Shown one piece after another: positions 1 to 12,091 of a DNA stretch of 64,000 nucleotides (position 1 is its first letter; each line of letters starts with the position of its first letter). The position numbers and the translations under genes were made by a program. The stretch comes from Octopus vulgaris (Eukaryota), in contig OX597832.1 in the NCBI GenBank assembly GCA_951406725.2, positions 53,010,001 to 53,074,000 on the forward strand, given 5' to 3'. The notes under the pieces were generated by a model. The model worked only from the letters and a program-made list of their open reading frames with translations. It was not told the origin of the DNA and made no database searches.

Positions 1-142
1 GACATAAAAGCAAACACTCCCCACCCCATGCGCACACATATTAGCATCCGCAAAAATACATCCTGTTGCTCAATTTTAAGACAGAAACAGGCTGAGTAAT
101 ATACACTTGAGACTATTTTTACATAAAAGTAAGATGTAAGGA

Positions 143-400
143 GATGTACTTGCATAGCAAGTGATTTGATCTGAGATCATGTGCTGAAACGAAAACAATT
201 GCAGCGTGGAAGGTGTTTGTAAGCCATTTAAGAAACACACAAAAGCCGTTCGATTCACTTCAACATTTAAGTTTAATTTGTCAAAACACACGAAAATAGC
301 GACGAAAATATTTTGACAAATTAAACTTAAATGTTGAAGTGAATCGAACGGCTTTTGTGTTTCTTAAATGGCTTACAAACACCTTCCACGCTGCAATTGT
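143..400. mobile_element. Short foldback insertion (inverted arms 195-286 / 311-400) with 13-bp target-site duplication; probable Penelope-like terminal-repeat derivative
   Basis: ~90-bp near-perfect inverted repeat; TAAGATGTAAGGA directly repeated at 130-142 and 401-413. Confidence 0.65.
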
Positions 401-495
401 TAAGATGTAAGGATTTTGAAATTAGTTTTAGACCAAAATTCTTTGATTAGAATAGCAAAGAAAGAAAGGAAAATAATAGACAAAATTGTACTTAC

Positions 496-729
496 ATGTA
501 ATAAATGTTGTAAAACTGCTTGAATATTTAGGGATAAGAAATGTTTGAACTGTCTCCATGCTACCATTATTAGGAGATGGTTTTAAACCAAGAAGTGTAC
601 ACATCAAAGGGTATAAATCAACATTTTCAAACATGTCAACTGAGAAGTTTTTCTTAAGGCTAGGCCCAGAAGCCATAAAAATTGGATGCATATCAAGTAA
701 AGTGTTGTTGTAGCCATGTTCTCCCTGTC
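496..729 (-). CDS. ENPP5: ENPP4/5-like ectonucleotide pyrophosphatase/phosphodiesterase, coding exon 3 (gene probably continues beyond window start)
   Basis: tttcag acceptor at 731-730, phase 1; encodes (R)QGEHGYNNTLLDMHPIFMASGPSLKKNFSVDMFENVDLYPLMCTLLGLKPSPNNGS, the conserved ENPP C-terminal GxHGY/M.PIF.A.GP/N.D.YP segment; GTAAGT donor after 496. Confidence 0.9.
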
Positions 730-1006
730 CTGAAATTTTTATTTAAAGAAAAAAGAAATTAAAATGAAATAAGTGAGAATTAGAACCAAGAGTCTATTAA
801 AATTTAAGGCAGTAAGCTGGCAGAAATCCTTTGTTTACCGTTAATATGGAAAATTCAATAAACAGTTACCAGGGTAGCAAAATTCACGCAAGTAACACGG
901 ATGAAGCGAGCTATTCAAAGGTAGAAACTCCGGGTTAATGTGCAGTAATTTGTGTATTATAAGTAAATAAATGGAGTTGAACAAAGATGTTATTAAAATT
1001 CTTTTA

Positions 1007-1089
1007 CTTTCGACATATGTTTCGAAGACAACATTGGTTTTATTCCAAAGGAATAAACGGTGTAAAATGCAATCTTCTCATCAGGAAAG
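1007..1089 (-). ncRNA. Type I hammerhead ribozyme with canonical core, in the terminal repeat of a Penelope-like element
   Basis: Minus strand: CUUUC-CUGAUGA-GAAGA[long loop]UCUUC-GAAA-CAUAUG-UC^GAAAG; stems I, II and III all pair; GUC cleavage triplet. Confidence 0.85.
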
Positions 1090-1361
1090 AAAGAGAGCCT
1101 ATCTCAACAACAAGACATTATAACAATTATGATGACTGCCTAAATGATAAACATAACGTTATTAATTATTTTAAAAGATCGTTAGTAGATTTGACGTCAA
1201 AGGCAGATACTAGGAAGAGAAGGGTTAAAGAAATAATAAGTAGAGAACTAATAAAGAGGGATACGTTGATTGAAGAAATGTTCAAAGGCTTAGAAGTAGA
1301 GTTCTCTATTGAAGTAAAGTGCAAGTTAAACTAACTGTTCAAACTATAAAGACTGGTGAAA

Positions 1362-1825
1362 TCACTTATATGAGTTGAAGGTATGTTTCTGCCAGTGTTT
1401 ACATTTATAAGATCGCTCTATAAGTGTGTTAACAAGGTGATTCTTAGAGAAGAGAATATAGAAGAGTTCAGAGTTGCAAATGTTACAAAATCCCTTGCCC
1501 TTATTGTAAGGAAAAGATATGGACACGATGAACCAATCTCACTTAAAATCTTTATTGTTGTCTTTAAGATGCCAAACCAATTTACTTAGCCCTGTGCTAT
1601 GGCGTTTTCTGCTATCCCTAAATGATGAATAATGATTTGAAATTCTCTTAGATAACTAGGAAGAGGATGTGCCTATGTAGAAGTAGACATCGGTACTGCA
1701 AGAAATTTTACATTGGTATATAGAATTCTTGATCTTAGAATTATTAGACATAAATTTAATTCTGTTGGGGTTGTCCTCAGAGATCAAAACCATGTTTTTA
1801 TTACTATCATTATTATTATTAATAC

Positions 1826-1862
<37 letters not shown>

Positions 1863-2200
1863 TTTTTTTTTATTATTATTATTATTATCATGTGAGGGGT
1901 TGGAATTAACAAGATTAATGTTGGAACTCCCAGAAAATGAACTTTTATTTAGCAGATTGGTATTGTGAGAAGATATAATTTGTGAAAGATTCTTTGTGTT
2001 GGAGAAGGCAACTCTAACTATATGAGAGTTAATAATTGAATAATATCTAGAATTTTTTGGAAAGTTCTTACCAACCACTTCATGGAATTGCAAAGGAAGA
2101 TTCGATTTAATTTGTTTTCCAAATGGAATTACAAACCATATAGTTTTCCTAGTAACATTCAAAATGTAAGTGGTATTATCTTTAAAGGAAGGTGAAAACC
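1362..2200 (-). mobile_element. Decayed Penelope-like retroelement: linker plus GIY-YIG endonuclease remnant
   Basis: IWFVIPFGKQIKSN...NFPKNSRYYSIINSHIVRVAFSNTKNLSQIISSHN linker, then IYQCKI...YIGTS*LSKRISNHYSSF...GLSKLVWHLKD...CNICNSE...CKH; two in-frame stops and an (AAT)n insertion. Confidence 0.8.
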
Positions 2201-2272
2201 TCTAGAGTGAAAATTTGAGCTTAAATAACGCTTGCCTCCCTTATATCTACATATACACACGTAGATATATAA

Positions 2273-2410
2273 AGGCAGTGGCTGTGTGGTAAGTAGATTG
2301 GTTCCGGGTTCAGTCCCACTGTGTGGCACCTTGGGAAAATGTCTTTTACTATAGCCTCGGGCTGACCTTGTGAGTGGATTTGGTAGATGGAAACTGAAAG
2401 AAGCCCGTCG
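2273..2410 (+). mobile_element. 5' part of octopus-type tRNA-derived SINE (family A)
   Basis: GTGGCTGTGTGGTAAGTAG...GGTTCAGTCCC...GGAAACTGAAAGAAGCCCGTCG head shared with many copies in the window. Confidence 0.75.
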
Positions 2411-2422
2411 TATATATGTATG

Positions 2423-2459
<37 letters not shown>

Positions 2460-2642
2460 CAGGTTCCAGTCTTATGGCAATGTTTCTACAGCTGGATGCC
2501 CTTCCTAACGCCAACCACTCCGTGAGTGTAGTGGGTGCTTTTTACGTGTCACCTGCACAGGTGCCAGGCAAGGCTGGCAACGGCCATGGTCAGATTGGTG
2601 TATTTTACGTGCCACCGGCACGGAAGCCAATCGAGGCGGCGC

Positions 2643-2689
<47 letters not shown>

Positions 2690-2774
2690 TTGTCCTCCCA
2701 ACATCGCTTGACAATGTCAGGGAGGAACACTGGCAAATATATAATATGACAGATATATGTACGTGTGTGTGTAT

Positions 2775-2996
2775 TATACAAGGTGGGGCTGAAAAGTTAC
2801 TGGCTTTAGGGGCATTGCAAAAGGCCTGGTTGGAGGTTCAACCTTCTGAGTTCTTTTATAGGGCTTAGAAAAACTGAAGGACCGCTGCAATAAGTGTGTG
2901 AATCTGAGAGGGAAACGTTGAATAAAATCATAATTAACTGATCCTCCTGTATTTTCTTTTATCCAAAGCCAGGAACTTTCCAGCACCCCGTCGTAT
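2775..2996. mobile_element. Tc1/mariner-type MITE
   Basis: Inverted ends TATACAAGGTGGGGCTGAAAAGTTACTGGC / GCCAGGAACTTTCCAGCACCCCGTCGTATA, bounded by TA. Confidence 0.55.
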
Positions 2997-3410
2997 ATGG
3001 CTCAGAAACCTGGACGTTATCAAGGAAGCTTGAGAGGCAGTTGGATGAAACCTACACTCGCCTCCTTATGAGAGCTCAAAATCTCTCGTGGAAGTGTCAT
3101 CCAAACAAAATGCAAATATATGGGAAACTACCACCTGTGTCATCTCTTGTGAAAGGTAGGAGAGTCCAGTTTGCTGGACATTGTTGTAGAGCTGAAAACG
3201 AGACAATTTCTACTCTTCTCCTCCGGAAGCCATCTACTCGCAATACCAGAGGGCGCACACTCTCCTACCCTGATGTAATCTCCAGGGATACAGGCATCCA
3301 GCAACAGGACCTCCGTAATGCCATGATGGACCGTGAAGTCTGGCGTAGCATGGTAAATTCCATTGTCTCGACCATGGTCGAACAATGATGATGATGATGA
3401 TGATGATGAT
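2994..3410 (+). mobile_element. RTE-clade LINE 3' fragment
   Basis: YGSETWTL...YTRLLMRAQNLSWK...RRVQFAGHCCRA...AMMDREVWR, ending in a (GAT)n tail; near-identical to the 15530 and 48950 copies. Confidence 0.85.
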
Positions 3411-3775
3411 GTGTGTATGTGTGTAGTGAGTTGAATTGTTCGTGTAACCATGATGTTCTGATGAGCTAGCTTTCTTTATTTGTATTGATTTGTGAAAATA
3501 CAACAGTGTTGTATAAAGGCATAGCATCCATATTAATGCACACATTTAAGTATATTTCCTTCCACACTGAAATTATTACTAAATGAAGAAGGTTCTGAAA
3601 CAGCCATGATCCTAAATTAAACAAATATGTATTCACCTCTCATACCTCCTAATCTTATGGTTTATATATGTAAAGAAACCCATCATATATGTACATAATA
3701 CACATACACACACATGCATTTGGCGATTTTTTTTTTCCCTCTGTCTTCCCTTCTCTGGATCTTTCCTTCTCCTAT

Positions 3776-3810
3776 GTTTCCGACGAAGAGCTCCACTCGA
3801 AACATTAGGC
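3776..3810 (+). ncRNA. Degenerate minimal hammerhead motif (same family as 29503)
   Basis: GUUU-CCGACGA-A-GAGCUCCACUC-GAAA-CAUU^AGGC; stem I retained through G-U wobbles. Confidence 0.45.
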
Positions 3811-3898
3811 CCGCCTTCTTTCCTGAGCGTCCAATAATACTATATTTGTTCCACATCCTCACGTTGTTGTGTTTTTTTGTTCTTTCATGTTTGGATTA

Positions 3899-3951
<53 letters not shown>

Positions 3952-3968
3952 ATATATATATATATGTA

Positions 3969-4345
3969 CTGGCAGTATAGCCCAGCGTTGTTCGGGTTTG
4001 TTTTATAGTTGCGCTTAAAATGGCAGACTGTATTATGTAGCTAGTTATTCTCTTTAAACGAACATTTTTCTGGTTGAAATACACCGAAAAATGGCAACAC
4101 AGCAGTCAAAAAATCGTAAAAAATAGGGATTTTCATAGAAAAGAAGCACCTTTTTGATGTAAATAATTTTTGGCCTTAACATGGTCCGATTTGAATTTTT
4201 TCTCCTATGGAATGAAGAGCAAGCCTTCTTCTATCATACTCTCAATTTTGGTCAACTTGCGCCACACTGTCTCGGAGGAGATAGCATCAGTTGAAGGCTA
4301 CCAAACCTCACACACACACAGACAACTTCAGTTTTATAGATATAT
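3969..4345 (-). mobile_element. Non-autonomous Helitron
   Basis: Minus 5' end TCTATAAAACTGAAGTTG and 3' hairpin CCCGAACAACGCTGGG...TACTGCCAG resemble the ends of the 44822 copy. Confidence 0.6.
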
Positions 4346-4441
4346 TTGGTAGGTGGAAACTGAAAGAAGCCCATTATATGTGTGTGTGTGCATATATATA
4401 CATATATACATACACACACATATACTGGGCTTCGTTCAGTT

Positions 4442-4491
<50 letters not shown>

Positions 4492-4716
4492 TATATAATG
4501 GGCTTCTTTCAGTTTCCTTCTACCAAATATACTCACAAGACTTCAGTGGGCCTCGGTCTATAGTAGAAAGCACTTGCCCAAAGTGCCACACAGAGGGATT
4601 GACCCCAAAACCACATGATTAGGAGCAAACATCTTATCCACACAGTCATGCCTGTGCCTACTGTAAAATACGATACAAAGATTACAAATCAAAGTAGTTT
4701 TAAGGAATGTACTCAC

Positions 4717-4890
4717 TGTGGTAGCTATAATGTGATGAATTGAGAGTGTACCCTTCATCAGGAACCAACAGTAAAGGCTGAATACGGCGGTTGTGTTTGT
4801 AATGAGCACTTTCTGGAATATCTTCCTTAAGAAACACATGTAAGTGAGGCACTGATGATAGGTTTTTTACAAACTGCTCAATAGGAACAT
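4717..4890 (-). CDS. ENPP5: ENPP4/5-like, coding exon 2 (absent from the ORF track in this frame)
   Basis: ttttag acceptor, GTGAGT donor, 174 nt, phase 1-1; encodes [58 protein letters not shown], matching the ENPP KEDIP..HY..NRRI.P....DEG motif. Confidence 0.92.
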
Positions 4891-4970
4891 CTAAAAGATT
4901 AGAAAAAAGAGGATTTCATTATCAAAAAATTGTTCCGCAAATTCACGTTCATTTTAAAAATAACTTTTTC

Positions 4971-5199
4971 TTAACCCTTTCGTTACTGTATTTCTTTTGA
5001 GATACTCTGTGTTTCTTTCAATTATTTTAAATATAACAAAGAATTTAGTAAAATAATTTAATTATCATTAAGCTAGTATTAAGAACATAAATTATGGCTA
5101 AGGTTTGGTGGAAAATTTTAATTCAGAACTTTTGGAAACAAGACATTTGTACTACAGACCCAGGGCCGGTTTCAGCCGGGTTAGTAACGAAAGGGTTAA
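4971..5199. mobile_element. piggyBac-type MITE
   Basis: TTAA-CCCTTTCGTTAC ... GTAACGAAAGGG-TTAA (TTAA TSD, CCC/GGG ends). Confidence 0.8.
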
Positions 5200-5200
5200 T

Positions 5201-5668
5201 TATTGTTATATTTCGGAATGGTCATTTTGCCAGTTTAGCCAATAAAAACACACGCACTATATATTTGGTGTTATTTTCCTTCAGTGTTATTTATTTTTTA
5301 CATTAATCTTAATCTTATTTCAGCCAGAGTTCTTTCGTCACAGAAGATACAAATATTACAGGCATCCCCCTCCCCACACACACACTAAATAAACATAGAC
5401 GCACATAGAGATATAAGCATGTGCAAATGAAGACATACAATAGAAATACAAAATGGCTGACGGTTAGGAAAGAGAGACACAAATAAGAAAGAAGAAAATA
5501 AAGGACCACTGATGCGGTCACAGGAGTGTGACGAAAGAACTCTGGCCGAAATAAGATTAAGATTAATGTAAAAAATAAATAACACTGAAGAAAAATAACA
5601 CCAAATATATAGTGCGTGTGTTTTTATTGGCTAAACTGGCAAAATGACCATTCCGAAATATAATAATA
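5201..5668. mobile_element. Foldback element (arms 5201-5342 / 5527-5668) carrying a variant hammerhead at 5503-5547 (+)
   Basis: ~140-bp inverted arms; CCA-CUGAUGC-G-GUCAC-AGGAGU-GUGAC-GAAA-GAAC-UC^UGG. Confidence 0.65.
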
Positions 5669-5739
5669 TCTGTTTCAACACACGACTTCACATAAAAAAT
5701 CTTGCACAACAAATATTTTTCTTAATTATCATATTCAAA

Positions 5740-6055
5740 AACAAAAATCTTCCCATTTAAAATAAGGAGATAGTACTACAGTTAGTCTGGGTTTCAAGGG
5801 CCCGCAATTGTTCAACATCCTTCCAGGCAACCTTAGAGATCTACGTGATGTTGATGTGGAAGTTTTCAAGGAACATCTGGACAGGTTTCTGCCTGAGATA
5901 CCAGATGAGCCCACATCGCGGCAGTTGACGCAAAGAAGAGCAGCTCCATCCAACTCGCTACTTCACCAAAATCAATATTAGAAACAACACTGAGTAACTA
6001 CATGTGGTGCACCAGCATGACCTCAGTCCTGGGCTAAAACCAGTAAAAGTAAAAA
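5740..6055 (+). mobile_element. LINE (CR1/L2-like) 3' remnant
   Basis: SLGFKGPQLFNILPGNLRDL...FKEHLDRFLPEIPDEP-like reading followed by an A-rich (GTAAAA) tail. Confidence 0.55.
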
Positions 6056-6180
6056 AAATATATACAAAAATATCAAAAATGTTAAGTTTCTAAGTTCAAC
6101 AATCTGTTTAGGTTAGTTTTGGTTCCAGTTGATCTGAGCAGACACACCACACACAGCTTACAGTAATCTTGAAACTAATC

Positions 6181-6747
6181 TATTGGGTTGTTCGAAAAGT
6201 TTGTGCCGATTTTTAAAGGAAAGAGAAAGGTCAATAAATACTTGCCATTACATTTTTAATCAACCAAATATGAACCATTTTGTTGCACAGTACATCTTCA
6301 ACTTCCCTTTAACTTGAAAATACCCTCTTCCCAGAATTGAGGTGGTTTCATGGCAAAGAATTCATCAAGGTATCTTTTTACGTCATCCAAGGAATTGAAA
6401 TTTTTACCATTAAGACTATTCTGCAGAGACCTGAATAAGTGGAAATCTGAAGGAGCAATATCTGGTGAATATGGAGGGTGGGGTAACACATCCTAGCTGA
6501 GCTGCAGCAATTTTTGTCTGGTTCCTAAAGCATCAAGTGCCAAAAATGAACTTTCTTATCTTCCATTTTAAAGGGTTACAGAATTAACACAGATTATAGG
6601 ATGATAAACCTTCCACGAAAAGATAGCTTAAACTGTGCTCTAAATGGAGGTGTAGTCAAATCCTATTTTATTGACTCAACCATGTTCTAAAATAAGTCGA
6701 AAGGTAAACTACTATAAATCAGCACGAACTTTCCGGACAACCCAATA
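6181..6747 (-). mobile_element. Internally deleted mariner transposon
   Basis: TA-flanked TIRs TTGGGTTGTTCGAAAAGTT / AACTTTCCGGACAACCCAA; transposase fragment LPHPPYSPDIAPSDFHLFRSL at 6298-6489. Confidence 0.92.
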
Positions 6748-7380
6748 CTAAAGCAGCAGTGACTATGGATTTGGTTTACTGTTCAAGTTAACCCTTCAGT
6801 TACTATATTTCTAACCAAAATTAAATTCTAAAATAATCATGAATTTAGACAAGATTTTTTTTATTTATCAACATATTAATCTGAACAGACACTCCACATA
6901 CAGCTTATCCCTTTAGCATTAAAACTGGCCAAATACCCAGTCCAAATATTCTAACTTGTTTTATGTTCAAACTGACCAGATCCAGCCTCTCACACTTACT
7001 CTACAATGTCATTTTCAAAATGAACAATCACATCATCGAAATCTCAATGCTAAGAGGTAATGAACGATTAATTCAAAACAATGTGGAATAAGTAAGCATT
7101 ACATCAAATTCCACATATAGCCTACCCATTCATCATCATCATTTAAAGCCCATTTTCCAAGCTGGCATGGGTTGGATGGTTTTGACAGGAGCTGTCAAGG
7201 CCAGGATCCGCACCGGATTCCAGTCTGTTTTGGCTTGGATTCTACACCTAGATGCCCTTCCTAATGCCAACCACTTTTCAGATTGAACTGGGTGTTTTTA
7301 CATGGCACCGGCACCAGGGCTTTTTATGTGGCATCAGCACCAGTGCTTTTTATGTGGGTGAGCAGATATATCTATACACC

Positions 7381-7584
7381 TCTTTTACCCTTTTACTTGT
7401 TTCAGTCATTTGACTGCGGCCATGCTGGAGCACCGCCTTTAATCGAGCAACTCAACCCCGGGACTTATTCTTTTGTAAGCCCAGTACTTATTCTATCAGT
7501 CACTTTTGCCGAACCGCTAAGTAACGGGGACATAAACACACCAGCATCGGTTGTCAAGCAATGCTAGGGGGACAAACACAGACG

Positions 7585-7639
<55 letters not shown>

Positions 7640-7801
7640 GACGGGCTCCTTTCAGTTTCCGTCTACTAAATCCACTCACAAAGGTTTGGTCAGCCCGAGG
7701 CTATAGTAGAAGACACTTGCCCAAGGTGCCACGCAGTGGGACTGAACCCGGAACCATGTGGTTGGTAAACAAGCTACTTACCACACAGCCACTCCTGCGC
7801 C
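7381..7801 (-). mobile_element. Full-length tRNA-derived SINE (family A)
   Basis: GGCGCAGGAGTGGCTGTGTGG A-box head, GGTTCAGTCCC B-box, internal (TA)/(TG) microsatellite, (GTAAAAGA)n tail. Confidence 0.85.
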
Positions 7802-9266
7802 TATACACATCTATATATAAAATCATACTTAGGGGTTTGTTCCCACAGCATGGATGCTCTCAGCTTTGCTGCACTTGTACTAAAAGCTATAAATATATCT
7901 TGTGAAAGAAATTAGTAAACAGAAACTGAAGAAGTGTGAAATACATTTATATCATGATCATTTCATCATTATCGTTTTAAAATACACATTTCCATTCTTG
8001 CATGGATGAGATGGAATTCGTTCAAGCACTTTTTCTATGGCTAGAGGACCTTCCTGTTGTCAATCTTCACCTATTTCCAAGTAAGGTAATATTTCCTCTT
8101 GCCCAGAGATGTTTCCACTGAATCCTGGAATCAAGGAACTGCTTGTATGACAGTGACACCGGGGTCGATAAATTAAGTACCAGTTACGCACTGGGGTCGA
8201 TGTAATCGTCTTAATCCGTTCGTCTGTCCTTGTTTGTCCCCTCTGTGTTTAGCCCCTTGTGGGTAGTAAAGAAATACATATTTACAACCATCACATGATG
8301 TCAGGACAAAGAAACTAACACACACACACACATATATATAACCCTATGCTTGCCAATCACAAGGTTTTGGGTTCAATTCTATTGTGTGACACCTAGGGCA
8401 AGTGTCCTTTACTATAGCCCCGGACTGACTATAAAGCCTTGTAAGTGGATTTGGTAGGCAAACACTGGCAGAAGCCCGTCGTGTGTATGCATGTATCTAT
8501 GTATATACGCACTTACGTATGTAAGTACGTATGCACGTGAATTAGCAGTTATTGTTTCCTTGCCCTGACTTCGCGTGATAATTGTAAACGAGATTCACCA
8601 CAATGCAGGCGATGACCTTCATTTCCAGTCTTTCGTGAATAGCATGTCTGGTCGAGGGAAAATATCACCTTGCTTGGAAATGGGTGAGGGTTGGTAACGG
8701 GAAGAGCATCCAGCTGTAGGAGTCCACCTCAACAAATTCCGTCTGACCCATGCGGGCATGGAAAAGTGGACGTGAAAACGATGATGATGAAATATTTGTA
8801 TTAAACATTCAAGCAGAAAAAGAGAGCGAAAGAAAAAGAAAAGGTAAAAATATACACGCGTTGTGAGTGCGTGAAAATATCGATATCAGTATAACTGTTC
8901 ATGACTGATTTATATTTGAGCGAGGAGGCCATATTGCCGGGTGCAATAAATACAACGAAAGCAACGCCATTATTCGACTTGCAAGAAATAGCAGTTAAAT
9001 CTCTCTTAAATCGCCTCCTACTGGATGATGTGGTTTTAGGTATCCTATTCCTGAAAATAAGACAGAACGACCATGTCGAGAATGTTTTTAATTTCAGAAC
9101 TGCTGAACAACACCGCAAAAGCTGATTTTGTTAAAACAACAACGCAAAATCTGATTTGTGTACGGTCATTACATGAAAACGGTTCAAATAAACAAAGATA
9201 TAATTTTATTAATAAACCATATGTAATTATATATTTATAAACCATAAACATAAAATGAGTTCTCAC

Positions 9267-10125
9267 CTTTATTAGGTAGGATATTTCCGATAGGATTTTT
9301 TTGAAAAATTTGATATTTAGACGGCGTGATGTATAAATCCAAGTTAATGATTTTATCTGCTGGAGTAAATGCCATTCCATGGTCACTGGTGATGATGACA
9401 TTAGTTTTGGAAAGTAAACCTGTGTTGTTTAAACGTCGAATAAGATAACCTAAATCATTGTTAAGGGCAGTTAGTTTTTTATCAATTTCTGGTGAATCAG
9501 GACCAAAGACATGTCCAGTATGATCTGGTTCTTCAAAATATAACAACCCCAGATTAATAGGATAAGAAGGGTCTGTGAACCACTCGATAATTTTGTCTAT
9601 CCTGCTAGTGAAATTCAACAAATAGTTTTTATTAAATTCTAAATATCTGTATGGTTTAAACCCTTTTATGCTAGCACCATCACCGACCCAGTAAACACAT
9701 CCACTTCTAGCCTTTGTGTTTTCCTTTTGGTTGGTAACCCATATAGGTTCACCTCCATCGTCCATCCACTTAGGGTCTCTGACTTGCTCGGCAGAACCGT
9801 AGAAGGTTTCGTTGTAAAGAGGGTCGTACATTGTATTACCAACTATGCCGTGACTTTCTTCGTACATACCGGTTACTAAAGTGATGTGATTCGGGAAAGT
9901 CTTCGTGATAAATGCATTTTGTAAACCACGTCGGGCAGAAACGCCATTTTCGACAAACCACTTAAAGTTATTCAAAGTAGCATTCGAATGAGTCATGTAA
10001 TCCCATCGAAAACCGTCAAAAGAAACCAACAAAAGGTTCGGAAATGACTGATCAGCTAATATAATTGGAAAACAATATAAACACGGGATGATAATATATA
10101 AAATAGAATAAATACAGAGAGACAT
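9267..10125 (-). CDS. ENPP5: ENPP4/5-like, coding exon 1 with signal peptide and catalytic motifs
   Basis: Hydrophobic N-terminus; LLLVSFDGFRWDY, TKTFPNH (catalytic Thr), LYFEEPDHTGH, IITSDHGM; G|GTGAGA donor, phase 1. ENPP4 versus ENPP5 cannot be resolved by eye. Confidence 0.95.
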
Positions 10126-10961
10126 TGCCTAGAGAGATACCAAACAAGTTCCAGCGAAATGCTTAGCGGTGTCACGCCAATAAGTCTCCGGTAAAAGTTG
10201 ATACCACGTCTTATCTCCTTCCTCTGAACATGAATTTGCGAAAATGAAAAAAAAGAAAAGATCTTGTTATCATCGATAAAAGAAATGTTTTGGTTTCTTG
10301 ATACTTGATCTATTTCTTGATACTAAAATTGATCTAGTTACGAATTTTAAATGGTACAACTTTATGACTAACATTAAAATAACATTAAAACACTGAACAG
10401 GATGTGATAAGTTTCACTGACCTAAAAGTTATATTGTATATAGTATATAATAGCCTTTTGTACAATTGAAGACGTAGAAGAGGCGTTAAATATCTTGTCA
10501 TTATGCTATAGGAAGGGCCAATCGGATTTCGGGATGTTTTTTTATAATTTCTGGATCAAAGATAACGAAAATGAAACTTATCATACAAGGATGTAGAAAC
10601 ATGGCTTTTTGCTGTTTGTTTTCGTTATCTTTTATAATGTATTTTTAACTTCCCCTCTTGAAAAACAAAGTAATAGTTGTTTAATGAGAAAATTGATAAA
10701 TGCCATGGATGGTATGGCATGCAATGGAGAGCTGAAGCATTTTAAAGAATGAATGGGGGCGATTGTGGCTTCGTTGTTAGCAACCCGTTTGTCTGCAGTC
10801 GTCAACAAAAATGACATTTTTGTGTCAATTCCGTCGTTCTTAGATATCGATTATTTATGTAATCTATAATGAGTTAATATATGAGGGGTTGTTGGCTTCT
10901 GTTGCTCTATTCTTTTACAGAAGTAAAATAATTTATTGTCGAAAATATCACAGCGGGGAAT

Positions 10962-11356
10962 TACTCTCTCTTTACTCTTTACTCTTTTACTTGTTTCAGT
11001 CATTTGACTGCGGCCATGCTGTAGCACCGCCTTTAGTCGAGCAACTCGACCCCCGGGACTTATTCTTTTGAAAGCCCAGTACTTATTCTATCGGTCTCTT
11101 TTGCCGAACCACTAAGTAACGGGGACATAAACACACCAGCATCGGTTGTCAAGCAATGCTAGGGGGACAAACACAGACACACAAACACACACACGCATAT
11201 ATATATATACGACGGGCTTCTTTCAGTTTCCGTCTACCAAATCCACTCACAAGGCTTTGGTCGGCCTGAGGCTATAGTAGAAGACACTTGCCCAAGATGC
11301 CACGCAGTGGGACTGAACCCGGAACCATGTGGTTGGTTAACAAGCTACTTACCACA
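10962..11356 (-). mobile_element. tRNA-derived SINE (family A)
   Basis: Same body and tail as the 7381 copy. Confidence 0.85.
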
Positions 11357-11631
11357 CGTGTTTCTTTTTAAGTGTTTAATTTTTCCTTTATTAATACGAT
11401 ACTTTGTGAAACGACCTGATCTGGGTTAGAGTTTAGGTTAAGAGTTAGGTAAGGATTTAGGTTAAGGTTAGAGTTACGGTTGAGGTTTACCATTAGGGTT
11501 AGGGTTAGGTGATAGAGTTTAGATTTAGGATTAGATTGCACGCTAAAGTACAGATGGCCAAGCAGACCACATGTTAAAGTGACACCAAACTTTACTTCAT
11601 TTGAGGCCACAAAAAATCGAGACGTCTGTTC

Positions 11632-12091
11632 GTATGTATGTATGTATGTATGTATGTATGTATGTATGCATGCATGCATGCATGCATGCATGCATGCATG
11701 TATGTATGCATGCATGCATGCATGTATGCATGCATGCATGTATGTATGCATGCATGCATGTATGTATGCATGCATGCATGCATGTATGTATGCATGCATG
11801 CATGTATGTATGTATGTATGTATGTATGTATGTATGTATGTATGCATGCATGTATGTATTATGTATGTATGTATGCATGTATCTATGTATCTATGTATGT
11901 ATTATGTATGTATGTGTGTGTTTGTATGTGTATGTATGTATGTATGTATGTATGTATGCATGTATGTATGTATGTATGCATGTATGTATATATCTATGTA
12001 TGTATATATCTATGGATGTATGTATTATGTATGTATGTGTGTGTTTGTATGTATATGTATGTATGTATGTATGTTTGTATGTATGTATGTA
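11632..12091. repeat. (ATGT)n/(ATGC)n compound microsatellite
   Basis: Directly visible; source of the spurious MYVC/HTYI ORFs. Confidence 0.95.

Noticed and set aside
987-1334. 115-aa plus-strand ORF
   Set aside because: Antisense to the Penelope-like 3' region and ribozyme; no recognisable domain or splice support
8801-9125. Short ORFs in ENPP intron 1
   Set aside because: No homology recognised and no splice-site support; CpG richness is explained by promoter proximity
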